Shown: positions 24,101-62,794, counted from the stretch's first letter. The stretch: DNA of 64,000 nucleotides from Eledone cirrhosa (GCA_964016885.1 OZ024741.1:236592001-236656000), one strand, 5' to 3'. Translations and numbers: made by a program. Notes: generated by a model not told the origin, from the letters alone.

Positions 24101-26985
24101 CTAACTAGAACTGAAAAAAGGCGCGAGGCAACTGCTGGGCGGAAGACGTCTTTTGTATTCATACGCCACCAACCCTGGGCTGGCGAGTGACAAAGCCCGA
24201 CCAAATTACTCCACAGCGATAAAATAGTGCCATTGCACTAAGTGAAGTACAACTGTGTGTCTATATATATAATCATCGTTTTTACATCTGCTTTTCCATA
24301 CTTGAATGGGTTGGATGGCATCTCTCCACTTGTCACGTTCCTTCATCATCTCCTCTGCCAGTCTTAGTGATTTGAGGTCTGTTCTCACAACCTCTGCCTA
24401 GGTCTTTCTTGGTCATCCTCTATTGCGGTTTCCTTCCACTGGGATTTCCTGGCAATCCTTCACCCATCAGTCATTGTCTATGCGCATCACATATCCATAT
24501 CAATGCAGTCTTCTCTCCTGCACACTATCTCAGATTCCCCTTAAACCCAGCTTCTCCCTCAGCTTGTCCAAGCTCTGCCTTTCTTTCACATTTACATTGT
24601 AAATTCAACGAAACATGGTTGCTTCATTTCTCTGCAGTCTACACATGTCCTCTGCTGTCAGAGACTATGTTTCACTACCTTGCAGCATTGCGTACCGCAC
24701 ATAATCGTCATACAGCCTTTCTTTTGTATGTAGGGAGAAACCTTTTGTTGTCAGCAGTGGGAGCAATTCTCTAAACTTCTTCCATCCTATCCTTATTCTA
24801 GCCATTATACTCTTAGCACACCCTCTGCCACTGCTAATTAGGTTACCTAGATATCAGAAGCTATCAACCACATCTATTTATCCTTTCTGTGACTGGAAAA
24901 GGTTTATATCATTAGCACTCTTCCTCTCGATTTCAAAGTCCTCCCTTGTTATCCCAGTACATCTTTTGTGTACCCAAGATATATATGTATATTTGAAAGA
25001 TAAGTCAATTGACATACCAATAACAAAAAAATAAATAAAATGAAATACTGCATATATATGTATATGTGTAGATTGTACATACAAAGATGGCACCAACACT
25101 GAGGAAGATATGACAACTCCTTTAATGGGGCCATGATAAAATCCACTCAGTAAAGCATGAAATTGCATGATGGGCCCCTGGCAAACCTGGAGGTCAGCGA
25201 CTCCCCTGGTCTGTGATGACATATCCAGCCCTTGCTGGCAGGGAGAATGGTCGCTAAACAATGATGATATAGATGGATAGATAGGGGAAGAAAGTGAGAG
25301 AGAACATCAATGGCAGAGAATGATGATTTCTGACATGAATGAAAACATTTTAGAACATTTGTCTCCCCCCCCCTCCTTCTTTTATGGTTTTACTTTTATG
25401 TCATAAATTTTCTAAATTATATTTTACAACTGTGTTGTCAAATAAAGCTACTGGCTCTTGCTGTTGTTTTTTCTGATGGTAATAAGGATCATGTTATGAA
25501 ACATAATCACTGGCGGCTCACCTAACCGAGGTAACTGGTGATGCTCGTGAAGGTGCTTGGCTATTCCAGCGCCTCAGCCTCGCCATCACCCGAGGTAACG
25601 CTGCAAGCGAGCTGGCTTGCCTCAAAAATTATTATTACTAACCAAACTAAGACAGCTGAATAAAATTTGAAGATTTGGCTACTAATTCTAGCAGGCTGGA
25701 CAGCCATGTAGATCTTGTGTTGCACCCCCCCCCCCTCATACACACAAACCAGACTATCACACTACTGCATGTAGTATCACACTACTGTATGCAGTATAGT
25801 ATATACTATCACACTACTGTATGCAGTATAGTATAGTTCTCAGCTGTTTTCCTTTAACATTTCATATCCAATGGTCTATAGTTACAAACAGGGAAAGAAA
25901 AAAAAGGGTGGGTTGGAAGATATTAAATCTTTTAAAAGAGGGGGAATGGGGAGGGGCAAACTCTACAGGGTTGGCTGCGCCCCATCCCCACCCTTTTCGT
26001 TTTCAGCAAAGGCGGTGATAGGCGTGTTATGTTTGATCTTTCAACATTATCTAACAAAAGTCAATCACCAGAGATTTAGGAAAATCTGTATGTTTAGCAT
26101 CTCTATAGTAGAGTAAAATGTAACCTAATAATTGTTTCTACTTTTTGGCACAAGGCCAGCAATTACCCAGTGCATTACTGGTACTTTATTTTATCGACCC
26201 CGTAAGGATGAAAGGCAAAGTCAACCTCGTCGGGATTCGAACTCAGAATGTTATTTTAATTGCGGGCAATCAATAATAATAGAAAAGTAATGAAAACTAG
26301 TCGTGTTTATACTGTCCACTGTTAGTGGATATAGAAATATCTATTTAAAAAAGGAGGGATTTTCATTTAAATCTGCGAATTAATAATAAAAAAAATTGTG
26401 CCTTTTCATGGTGTCCGTTTACCAACTATGTAGATTTCGTGGGGGTATAAGAAAATTTAAGAAATCTGCTGAAGGAATCGTCAATTGGATTTACTATACA
26501 AAATATTTACAGTCAATCAACGAATATACACAAATGGACTACCAACTTAATGTAAATCCTTATTGAATTTTCATTCTTTTAAAATACTTTCTTAAATATT
26601 TTGTTGGCGTCGTCGCTCGAACTGATAGAATTAGCAACCATATCTCCTTTGGAGCACAGCCTATAATGAACAATCTGGTCTTTATGTGTCGATAAAAAGA
26701 CATGAGGATAGTCACGGCTGGAATATCGTTGATCTGCTAGGTGAAATCTAAGCAACAACAGGATAGTGTAGATTAGGTTTGCTTAATCCGGGAAATTTTA
26801 AATAGCAACATACTATAAAGAAGAAGAACATGGATACAACAAAACGATATGTTAGAGATGTTTACCTCACTGGAATGAGAACCACGAACAATCTGTCTCG
26901 CAAGCGAACCGAGGTCATTCATATTTCCTGAAATTTTATCATTCAACCGAGATTTCGTTTCTTGATTCCAATTAGCAGACGCCAT
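11722..26985 (-). CDS. BORCS7: BLOC-1-related complex subunit 7, 5 coding exons: complement join(26866..26985,20464..20526,18371..18414,16148..16168,11722..11773), 99 aa
   Basis: Spliced translation MASANWNQETKSRLNDKISGNMNDLGSLARQIVRGSHSSE/LLAQAAKNFAFQENTINSSLE/TLKKMDMIKSQLEFQ/FAAVERS/TVTLDDIQDQLKTIQR*. All introns are GT-AG with consistent phases, 300 nt in total. Matches recalled human BORCS7 motifs (KQVLKGSRSSELLGQAARN..QE..LRKM..LQYQ..LQDQL). Confidence 0.9.
12393..12575 (-). mobile_element. Young SINE copy
   Basis: 19-bp TSD GTTGAATATATGTAATTAA at 12374 and 12576. Confidence 0.88.
13780..13947 (-). mobile_element. Young SINE copy
   Basis: TSD AAGGGAAATAAT on both sides. Confidence 0.85.
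15230..15530 (+). mobile_element. Second SINE family with RTE-derived (GAT)n tail; many relatives (e.g. 9080-9295, 19200-19530, 51810-51970)
   Basis: GGTTGGTGTTAGGAAGGGCATCCA.CTGTAGAAA body and CCCATGCAAGC.TGGAA..GGACGTTAAACG(ATG)n end. Confidence 0.75.
15768..15951. repeat. Inverted repeat, about 59-bp arms, 65-bp spacer
   Basis: TTTTTACCTTAATTTATTTAT...GATTAAAATC / GATTTTAATC...ATAAATAAATTAAGGTAAAAA. Confidence 0.8.
16148..16168 (-). CDS. BORCS7: BORCS7 coding exon 4 (21-nt microexon)
   Basis: tttttcttttag acceptor, (Q)FAAVER(S), GTGAGT donor, phase 2-2. Confidence 0.75.
17479..17801. repeat. Near-perfect inverted repeat, 155-bp arms, 13-nt loop
   Basis: 17479-17633 pairs with 17647-17801, 2 mismatches. 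Confidence 0.95.
18371..18414 (-). CDS. BORCS7: BORCS7 coding exon 3
   Basis: ctgcttgcag acceptor, TLKKMDMIKSQLEF(Q), GTAAGT donor. Confidence 0.88.
18634..18812 (+). mobile_element. Young SINE copy
   Basis: Same family as 3321. Confidence 0.8.
19530..20103 (+). mobile_element. RTE-clade LINE 3' fragment (Rex3/Expander-like)
   Basis: ELSARIAGAGAVMHQL...KSKLAIF...PTYGHESWVMTERIRLQI; clearly similar to 1-412. Confidence 0.78.
20464..20526 (-). CDS. BORCS7: BORCS7 coding exon 2
   Basis: ttttatgtcag acceptor, LLAQAAKNFAFQENTINSSLE, GTAAGT donor. Confidence 0.9.
20690..21205 (-). repeat. Minisatellite of about 45-bp SINE-internal unit
   Basis: Repeated TTTACAGAGTGTACTGGGTGCATTTTATCATGGCAC; the same unit occurs in opposite orientation at 43990-44340. 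Confidence 0.8.
21550..22235 (+). mobile_element. Decayed RTE LINE reverse transcriptase fragment
   Basis: NYRGVKSL, KPPYVAFVKLEKAFDKV motifs. Confidence 0.65.
22555..22965 (+). repeat. Tandem repeat, about 65-75-bp unit x6
   Basis: Recurring ACTGAGCCACACCAGTGAATTATATATACCAT...GATAACTACTTTATAGCTATCAG. Confidence 0.85.
23843..24105 (+). repeat. Tandem repeat, about 82-bp unit x3
   Basis: GGGAAGCCATT...CGACGAAATGCAAAGAGCAACTGCTAGGTAGTTTTGAAAGATG at periods 81 and 82. Confidence 0.85.
24270..24878 (-). mobile_element. RTE LINE 3' fragment with (GAT) tail
   Basis: Reverse-strand similarity to 9435-9960 (IDVVDSF.YLG); 3' end CAAGTATGGAAAAGCAGATGTAAAAACGATGAT. Confidence 0.7.
25507..25641 (+). 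mobile_element. C-terminal fragment of a CRE-like non-LTR retrotransposon (restriction-like endonuclease end)
   Basis: LTEVTGDAREGAWLFQRLSLAITRGNAASELACLK, matching the recalled QR(L/I)S.AI.RGNA motif. Confidence 0.6.
26128..26249 (-). mobile_element. 5'-truncated young SINE copy
   Basis: Same family as 3321. Confidence 0.8.
26866..26985 (-). CDS. BORCS7: BORCS7 coding exon 1
   Basis: ATG at 26985, 40 codons, donor GTAAAC at 26865. Confidence 0.9.
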
Positions 26986-27057
26986 AGTTAGCTATAACTA
27001 ACATCACGGATATATATATATGTGTGTGTATACACATATATATATATATATATGTAT

Positions 27058-27089
<32 letters not shown>

Positions 27090-27309
27090 CAACGTCTATC
27101 CACAGTTTCGTTCTTTTCTTAACTTATAAATCATCAATATATATATATATATATATTTATAAATATATATATATAATTATATATATACTTTTATACGTTT
27201 TCGTTAGGTATAGACGAATACGGGAATTAGTACTCAATACGATCATAGTGATTAAGGCTGATCCACTGGATCAGCCTTAATTAAGTTAAATATATATATA
27301 TAATTAAGT

Positions 27310-27343
<34 letters not shown>

Positions 27344-27486
27344 GAGGTTATATTTAATTTGTTGGGAGTCAACAAGCTTAAACATTTTATAATTTATATA
27401 AATCACTCAACAAATTAGTGGAGTAAATATTCAATATATTAATAAATGAAAACTATATTTATAAAACCATAATTATTTTATTATAC

Positions 27487-27553
<67 letters not shown>

Positions 27554-27559
27554 ATGTGT

Positions 27560-28050
27560 AGCAAAACCTGTCCGTGAGAAACGAACTTTAGTTTCGTCTT
27601 TTCTTAACTTATACTCACCAATACATATATATTGTAAAATTCTCTGTAAACTTTTTATACGAATAATTTATTTTATTTTTCTCGTAGTAGACGACAACGA
27701 AGCGTTAAATATAAAAGAGAAAAAAAGGAAAGATCAATCAATTACGACAATCGATACGATCTTTCGCTAATATGCAATTATATAAACTTCCGGCTCAGTG
27801 TTATTGCACCATTTCTGCTGAATATTCGAAGACTAAGAAACATTTGTTAATATTTTCTTGATATTATATTTAACGACTTTGGTTCCGAATTAATATTATG
27901 ATGTTTTATTTTCAATTGTATCCAGCTTTGTGCGGTAATTGTTTTTTTTTTATCCTTTTGTTTACATTTATTTCAAACTGTCTTTAAAAAGCGAAGATCA
28001 TATCGGATAATTGGTTGTATAATAGTTTCACTAGCTAAAAAGTGAAGGTA
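27560..28050. promoter_or_regulatory. Putative bidirectional promoter and non-coding first exons of BORCS7 (-) and UVSSA (+)
   Basis: Local CpG enrichment; TATAAA at 27781 overlapping ETS-type ACTTCCGG at 27786-27793. Candidate plus-strand donor AAG|GTAAAT at 28048 with acceptor tttcag at 33367; candidate minus-strand donor CAG|GTTTTG near 27566. Confidence 0.5.
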
Positions 28051-31000
28051 AATTGCAGTTAAAGAGAGGGTTTAAATAACTTAGAAGTGCCAAGATTGTA
28101 AGAAATATACGAATGTATGATAAATTAAAATATGAACGAAGTGAAAATGAATACAACATATATTTTGGGGAAAATATTTGGCTTCTATTTTTAGCAGATT
28201 TAAGCGACTACATAGAGGCTGACTTATTTTGTCTGTATTTTAATTGCAAGAATTTGAACTAACAATATTGATGATGATAATGATAAGTTCTTTATTTGTA
28301 TAACAATAATATTTTCTTACATAAGCGCAAGATTAGTTATAATTAGTTATATGCCCCCCCCCCCTTCCCCCAGGAATTGACTGTGGTTCTGATTTTATCA
28401 ATTCTGAAAGGATGACAGGTAAATTTAACCTCACCACGCAAAAGGTTAGCAGTCTTGATAGTTATGTCTGACAAACCCACACTTTATTTTTAAGAGTTTT
28501 CAATTTACTTGCTATAATTATGTATTATATACAGTATATTTGTGATGATGCTACATGTGCTAATGCCACGATAAAATGCACCCAGTCCACACTGTAAGGT
28601 GATAGTGCTGATGCCATGATAAAAAGCACCCACTCCACCCTGTCAGATGGTAGTGGTGGTGCCATGATAAAATTCACCAGGTTCACACTGTGAAGTGATT
28701 GGCATTAGCAATTAAATATATAATCAAGATGTGGTCATCTAATCTGTCCAGCCTCAGAACATGACAAATCTAACCCATGCAAACAGAAAATATATGTAAA
28801 ACAGTGATGATAATGATGTTGATTTCAATAAGGAAGCATTGACAAGAAAGTGAGTGCTTCTTCAAGGTCTAGTTCTATCAGTTTGACTTCCTAGAGATGC
28901 ACAGCTTGGTTAGGAAACCATTGAACTCCCCATCTCACCATTAATCTGAATGAACACTCCATATAAATTAAGAAAAATAGGTGCAAAACAAGAGAGAACA
29001 CTTCTTTTGAAGGGAGGAGGCGCCCCATAAGAGGAAACTAGTGATGGTCTATGTCAGCAACATATAATAAAACTTGTAAAATAAGAAAAGTTTGTTTTCT
29101 CTGAGTACAAGTAAGCTGTGACATTCCAAGTGAGGCCCTTATTTAACTCTTAACATCCTGTAATGATTTAACAGAAAATATGTAAAAACAAGTTTTTAAA
29201 GTATAGTATCTTTACTAGCAGACGGATTGTTGTGAAAATTTACAGAATTAGAGTGAAAACTTTAATTTATAATGTGATCCAGTCATAGTTCTGTTTTGTG
29301 CCTTTTAAAAATGTCTTGCTATTTCATATGGTACAGGACAATAAGAGTTAAAGCAAATCAATTTTGATAGTGTTTTTTTTTTTTTTCTGGAAGTTAGCAG
29401 AAACAGCAGTGTCAACCAGGTATTAAAAAAATGATATTTAGTTCTGTGCTCAAATTTCCACTGCAGTTGATTTATCTTTCATGTCTCTTAAGCCAATGGA
29501 ATATTTTACTGGTGTAATGAGGTGTTAAAGAATCAGTTTATTCAACTTAATTCCACAATTCCTTTGCAAAAAATTGTGCCTTGTAACTGGATAATTCTTA
29601 AAAGGAAGCAATATTTGAAGAGAAAAAAAATGTACTCAATTTTATAATTTCTAAAATGTATTGTTTCAAAATATTGTATGAATTATTTAAGTTATTGTCA
29701 ATAAACACTATTCTGTTAACATCTTATTCTAGTTTGATGCATCGTTCTTTATATATAAATTTGTAAAAAATTAACTCTTGCTGGATTTTTCCTTGAACAT
29801 ATTCTTCTAGTTGCATTTCATTACCCTTGTCAAAATAGCTCTCATTCTAGGTTTACCTGCTGAAATTACTTGATTCATTTTTCTTTTGTTAATGGAGAGT
29901 GTTGATTAACTCTTTCATTACGATATTTCTAATAAAAAACACTACCTCTGATTTTCAAATAATTTTGAAAATATTCAAGTGCAACTTTCTGATTATTAAG
30001 TTGGTGTTTGGTACATAAAGGTTCTTACATGGAGTTATGGTGGAAAATTTTGAAACCAATATAAATAGTTTTGTATCAGAATCAGAGGCAATGTTGAGCA
30101 GTTTAGTATCAAAAAGGTTAAAGTTTATTTTGTTTGAAATTTAAAAGACAAACATTGAATCAGCTATAAACAAAATAAGCAAGCATACAAACTGAATTTC
30201 AATTTCCTACTGCCACTTTTAAAACTAAACAATATACTCAGTATATGCAAGCTTGTTTGCAATATGTATTTTCAATGTAACTGAAGTGTATATAAAATTA
30301 AGTTTTTCCTAATATTTGATAATTCTGTTTGAATTAGCTGATTGTCTTTGAGCCAATAATACTCCTTATATAACTGAATACTAAGAGTATCTATTTGATA
30401 AAATAAGTGCCTCTCATGAACTGGTGTTGATATAATCTACACTACACCCCCTCAAAGCTTTTGTAAGATAGGGATATTTTTATTCTTTACTATTACTAAA
30501 ATTATTTTTATTAATGTTTATCAAGATGGTTATGTGTTTTTCCTTGCATCATAATTGGTTATATATTTTATAGTTCTTACAACCCATTATGACAATTTCA
30601 TTGCACCTCACTTCCAAACTTCAGCACCCAGAATTGTAATTCTCTCCACCACTATCTAGTTTTCCTCCAGACATTTAACTACAGATATGTAAACTGAGCA
30701 TCAATCTCATCAGTAGGTGGTGGCTGCTACTTGCTAAGATCACAGATTCTCATATTCTGCTCTTCCTCTCCTGAGTGACTTGTAGGAAAACAAATTACAA
30801 TTTTAAAATATCTCTATTCACTTCAGTTATAATCACCTCTATGTCTTACTTTTCTAAATTGAACTTGTAGGTCAAGTTTTATTAAGCTTGATCTACAAGT
30901 TTAATTTTTAACTTGCTCAATGTTTGTTTTGCCATGTGGGATTTAAATCAAGATAGATTTCTGAAGAAATTTTTAATGAGCTTGCTTGTTTTAATCCTTT

Positions 31001-31384
31001 CATTGCCATATTTCTAATGGAATGCTTACGTCTTTAAATTAATTTTGAAAATAACAAAAAATTTGGAAGAATTTAATAAAATAACTAAGTTTTTCATTAG
31101 TAAGCTGATATTTAGAACATCACTTAACAAAAATGTCTTAACAACAATTTCTGCAGTGCTAACTCTCACGGTATACCTCTACATCTTTACAGCTAAATAG
31201 ACTGAGCAGGGTCAGTTGCTTTTACCATAGACACAACACAGCACTCAATTTTTTGTTTTCATAAACCATGGATTAGCTGGTCAGTAGACTGATATTCAAA
31301 TTACCAATTGACAAAACCAACAACTGCCTAAGTTCAAATTTTTTCCATTATGCAAGGGACATTACTCTATTTACTTAAGTATAT

Positions 31385-31442
<58 letters not shown>

Positions 31443-33434
31443 GAAAGGCAAAATTGACCGTGTCCGGATTTAAACTCAGAACAGAAAGCATGAAGGAGAA
31501 AATATACACAGAATTTTCTTTAAAAAAACACCACATTTAGAAGCAACGAGACTTGGAACTAGAATCTCCAATAAAGGTTGGAGAAAAGGATGAGTCTTGG
31601 TCTGAATTCTTGCAGGGGACCTCAATAAAAGTTTCGAAACAGGCCTGTCACCAGGCTTTGGGGTGAGGTATTGAGGTAAGGGCTTCAGAATACCTCAATT
31701 CACAATAATTCTATGGCAGTATTTTGGAATAAGCATTTCACCATAAATCTTTTGAAGGTGCACCTATTGAAAAGTAGGGAGGCAGTGCCTGTCCCCTCCC
31801 CTCTCACTGGTAATGGGGCTGCCCATACCCTAGGGACCAGGTGGTAGTATTATAACAGACAACATTAAATACACCACCCAAATAGACTATGGTGGAGGTT
31901 TGATCCCCAAATGCAGAGATATGGAACATATACTGCAAGGTACCCTAGTCAACAGTCTAACAATTCCACCAGTCTAATACCCTAGTTTGGTACTTTATTT
32001 ATCAACCTTGGAAAGATGGAAGGCAAAGTTGATCTTGACAGGATTTGAATTTAGAATGCAAGGAGTCAGAATAAATGCTGCAAGGTATTTCATCTGACAC
32101 TTGCTTCTATCATTTCGCTAGGTTAGTGGGTGCCACATGCATGGTTGAATGGTCAAGAGATTCACTTTGCAATCATCAGGTCCCAGGTTCAATCCCACTG
32201 TGTAGCATCTTGGGCAAGTGTCATCTAAGATTGACCCATACTTCATGAGTGAAACTGGGTAGATGGAAACTGTTTGGAAACCCATCAGATGAACTTACTT
32301 TGTTACACATTGTGTCATGCTGAATCTCCCTGAGAATTACGTTGTTAGTACATGTCTGTGTAAAGCACATTAATTTCAAGAGCAGGCTGTTCCATTGATT
32401 GAACAAATGAAACGCACATCGTTGAAATCAATGAAGGTTCATTCCATCATATAAGGTATGTATTAGAAGTCAGTGAAAGAGTTAAATCTTATGACTATAA
32501 GAATAGTGTTAGCAATACAATAAGTGGTTAGTGTTGTGTTCACTATCACGAGGTTATGAATTTGATTCCTGGACTGGCTGGCATGTATGTCCTTGAGCAA
32601 GGCACTTTATATCCAGTTCACACAGCTAGAAAAAATGAGTTGCAACGTCACTGCTGCCTTTGCCTTTCCCTTGGACAATATTGATAGTGTGGAGAAGGGA
32701 GACTGGCATGCATAGGTAACTGCTGATCTTCCACAAAAACACCTTGGATGTGTGGCAAGTGTGGTGTGATTTGACAGGGTAATGAGTCAGAAGGAAGGGG
32801 TGACCTCTGGCACCATTGAAGAGTGGGTGTAGTAATGGTGAGAATACTTCCTAGCAATGGAGGCATAGAGTGTGTAGTCAATAGCTTAATGGAGCAGAGC
32901 AATCACTGGTGTATCGAGATTTTGGTGGGAATGTAGTGATGGAAAGAATAACTAAGGAGTGGTAGTGGTGGGGCATGAGTGGGGTGCACAGTAGTGGAGA
33001 GAATAGCTATTAGGGGTGATAGTGAAGGTATTCAAGGGCTTTAGAGTGGGGCAATAGCTAAGGAGTGATACTGTATGGGGTGGCATATATATAATATTAT
33101 ATTCATATAGGCAGAGACAGTGAATGATATATGTGTGTGTGAGTGTGTATATACATACATAAGCAGACATAAAACAAATGCACAGATATACATATATATC
33201 CAACCTCAGGTTGACCAATGCCTCGTCTCACTGTCATGCAACATTGCACATCTCACGCAGGCATCTTAGAATCTATTCTTACTTTTGAAATGAATAAACT
33301 TATCTCTCTCATGAATTTATTTTTATTGTAGTTTTCAAGAATATAAGATTTTATTTTTAAATTTCAGATACTTCAAAAATAAAAAAAAAGAAGTTTTCCC
33401 AGCATTGACTGTCTCCTTTTAAGCAGTTCTAAAA

Positions 33435-58707
<25,273 letters not shown>

Positions 58708-60169
58708 TAAGAGCATTGTTGCATCTAACTGGACTTATTGCTTTATCACTGTTTTGAAATTGTTATTTCAATGTCATTGGCACTGCTGCCATCGGCAGTG
58801 GAAATATTACATGTCAAGACTGCAACACATACAAATAATCCTTTTGATACCAAACTGCCTGAAAATGTCCATGATTCTAACATACAAAACCTCTCATTAA
58901 AAAAATTATTCTAAAGCATTTCATCATAATTTTATCTAAAAATCTCTGTTATATTCCAAATCCCAGATTAATAATGTTAAAGTGAGTTATTTACTTAATC
59001 CCTCCAAATTCTTGATTATTTTTACAATTATTTGAAATGTATAGGAAGTGATTTTCATTTGAAATTTTGTAACAAAAGAGTTAACCACTACATGTCTAAA
59101 TGTGCAGCATGATTCTCTACTAAGCAGAAGTGTAGTATATCTAGAGCTCTGGATCTGTGAGTCAAACCTGGAGTCCAGAAATTTTACACAAATTTGCTGT
59201 AAAATTTTGAGGCATATTAGAAAATATCTGGATATTTAGAAAAGAATCAGTGTTTTTAACTAGTAGTGCATGCAAGGCCAGATTTAAATCTTGGGTGGTC
59301 TGATGCACTTCTGGTTTGGTGGGCCTTTCATATAATACACAAAAATTAAAATACTTGGCAAATTTTAAAAAATTACATATCAAGCTTTGTGCATGAAATT
59401 GGAATTGAAAAGTTATACATTTGTACAAAGGCTAAATGCAAAAAAAAACTGACCAGCTGACATGTTGTTTTACACAAATGAAGCAGACAGGTTTTTACAT
59501 GTGCTATTTTATTTCGCCATTTTAATTATCTTTTTTTAAGGCACAATCAAAGAGACATAATTTATAAAATATTAAATCGAAATATCATGTTACACCAGAT
59601 ATATACATGCAAATGCATAAATGTTACAGGGAAATATATCATCAGCATCATCATTAGCATCATTATTTAACGTCTGCCTTCCCTACAAGCAAAGGTTGGA
59701 CAAGTCTTCACAGACTAAGTTGGTATTCAAGCAGATCTACTCACCTCTCAGACGGACAGGGAGTCTCCATCTCAATTATTTACATTCCCATGCATACTGA
59801 GTGCATTTTACTATGGTACCAGCACTACAGAACTTAACATGTCTTTGACACATGGCATAAATGTTACATGAAAATATATATAAATACATAAATGTTTCTG
59901 GGATATATACATAAAATCATAAGATACATCATTATCATCATCACTTTTACGTTAGTGTTACAATGCTGGCATCAGTTGGACAGGACTTTTTGACACAATA
60001 TTTTACAGCTGGATGCCTTTCCTGACACTAACCTATTTACCTTTTAGTCATTTCTTCCGACATGCAGGGATAGGGTGTAACTATTTTAAATATTAATCGA
60101 AAATCCTCACAGGAGTGATACAAAGGTTAAATGTATTTGTCAATGCAAAAGTTTATCTAAACTAAGTAG

Positions 60170-60713
60170 AGTAAGTGATACTTGCTGGGCTTGAGACATG
60201 GGTGTATGGGTATGGCCTAGAAATCAAAGCTGACTCATCCCATTGGAAGCATGCAGTATCATCAAAAAGCATGTCAGGTATGGAGCAAAATTAAGGGGAT
60301 GCTGTTTTCTTTGACTACATGCATCATGAATATTCACTCAAAGGAGGAATAGTTACAAAGTGGTTCTATTGGGAAGTTTTCCAATATCTTCATGATGTAG
60401 TTTAGCACAAAGACTGGATGTGTGGTCCTCACTAACTGGCAGCTGCATCATGACAATACCTTTGCTCATTCATCACAGCTGATCTCAGGTTTCTTGAGAA
60501 AGAAAAGAACTTCACTCATTTCCCAGGCTACTTACTATCCAGTTGAAAGGATATCATATGGACTGTGATGATGGAGCAGAGATCCATTCCAGAGATGCTT
60601 CCAACTGGAAGGATTGCTAAGCTAAGTGTATGGAGACACAAGGGGCCTATTTCAAAGGGGATTAGCAATTGAACCCATACCTAAGGTTGGATACCTTTTT
60701 GACTGACCTTGTA
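60170..60713 (+). mobile_element. Decayed mariner transposon, 3' half and terminal inverted repeat
   Basis: ETWVYGY, VFFDY, HHEY, WQLHHDN..AHSS, QRCFQ...QG.YF motifs; ends GGATACCTTTTTGACTGACCTTG then TA. Confidence 0.75.
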
Positions 60714-61759
60714 TGCATACATACATGCTCATACACATGCACATACATATGCAATTTGTAGAAATAGTCCTAAGGATAAAAATATGAAAGGTTACAGTAA
60801 TGTGGAAGGCATATGCATACATAACATGAAAGTGTACTGTTGGAATGTTCCAGCCAAAACCCCAATAAAATGTAAACATAACAGACCAGACAGTGATATA
60901 GGAGAGGGAAAAGAAGGTATACGTAGTAGTGGAAATCAGCTGCCCGTCAGATGTTAATATAGAATTCAAGATTAGTGAAAAGGTGAATATTTATACTAAA
61001 CTAATGAGGAACATGCAGATACTACACGTATAGATTTGTAACTGTGATATTGGGACACTTTAATATGTTATTAACTGCCTCAGTACAAATCTTGAGAATA
61101 TGGCTTCACAGAACCAGAAAGAGCATGACTAATTAGGAAATGGCATATATATATATATGTATAGATATAGAAGCATATGCACCTGTACACATATAACTCA
61201 AAACATACAGATCTATACATGCAAAGACATCCATACCTGCACACACAAATGCATACAGACATACATACATATTTACTTTGTTGATATCTAAATTCCAATA
61301 AAAGAGTCTTGTTCTTATGTTAAAAACCAGGTTTCTCTCTATTGGCGAAAATTAAAAATAAATAAAACCAGAACATACACACTTTCTATATGTATTGAAA
61401 TACAGTATTCTAAATAACATTTAATGATATTTTTTATAGAAAAGAGCTACTGACCACCTGTGTTAGAATGGTTGGTGATCTGTAATGTAATCATTAATGT
61501 GGTTTGTGTCTTGTTCCTCTCTTTTCTATCAAATTATTACATCAAATGTAATCCCAATGTGTGTCCTATGAAATATTTCTGTGGTTTTATGTGATGTGTC
61601 TTTGAATGAAATTTGATAAAAATATTTTTTTATATGAATAAATTCTTTCTCTAAAACAATTTTTGTTTCATTTGATGTCATCCCAGCTTTTTATATTTTC
61701 AGGCATAAATATGGTTGTATGTGTGCAGTTATATATCTGTACATGTATATGCTGACTTA

Positions 61760-61798
<39 letters not shown>

Positions 61799-62794
61799 GT
61801 TTATGTTTGAGTATATGTATATGTGTATGTTTATATCTATCTTTATATCGCTCAAGACAAACAGATGGAGTGAATGAGGAGAGAGAGAGAAAGATTTACA
61901 CATACACTCATGCACACATATATACCTATATATTGACCTATCTATTTATATTTCTCTAGCTTTCTATATCTTTAGATAGCTAAACAGAGATAGATAGATG
62001 GACTTAAATTATATTTCGTGAATAAATATTTTCTAATTTTGAAAAATATACAGGAAAAAACAAGAAAGCTCTTAAAGGAGGTTACTCTTGCTTTCACCTC
62101 TTCTTGATTATTTCCCTTGAAACAATTGGGCTCTGTAGGGTACTTTACGACCATCTCTATATTTTGTTTAAGAAGTTTGCTTTTCAAGCACGCGATTCAA
62201 AGTTCGACCCCACTCTATGTCATTTTAGGTGAATGTCTTCTACTGTAGCATGGGATTCAACCGTATACGAATATATATATTTTTTCCCCTTTTTCTTTTT
62301 TCTTTTATTTGTCTCTCTTTTTATCTATTACTTGTCCCACTAGTTCTTTTTGATTACCAATTGTAAGGAGTACTCGATACTTCCCCGAGTCTGTCATGGC
62401 TTACTAGCTCTATACGGACGTTTGAATTGAATAAATAAATATATATATATGGGTGTGTGTCTGTCTGTAGACTGTTGGTGAGTAATCTTATATATATCCG
62501 GGTTGTACTCAGACATGAGAGAGCGAACACCCTAAAACAAATAAATATATATTATTGTTCTTTATCCCACCGGACTATTAATTATGGTATTTATTTTGAT
62601 GTATAAAACAGTAATTTATATTAAATATAATTCTACTGGTATTTACCTATTTATAGTAGAACCAATATTGTTAGAACTTCATGTAGCACGAATATGAATA
62701 TCCCAACGAAATAAGGTGAAAAATGTTTTTTGTTTTTGTGGAAGGATGTCATTATAGATTTTATTGAGTATTCAAAAGAACTAAAGTCATATAC

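Noticed and set aside
20690-24105. Regularly spaced repeats resembling a CRISPR array
   Set aside because: Units are contiguous tandem copies without unique spacers, no cas genes are present, and the context is a eukaryotic intron
58890-61645. UVSSA polyadenylation site
   Set aside because: Several AATAAA/ATTAAA candidates in AT-rich DNA; cannot choose without transcript data
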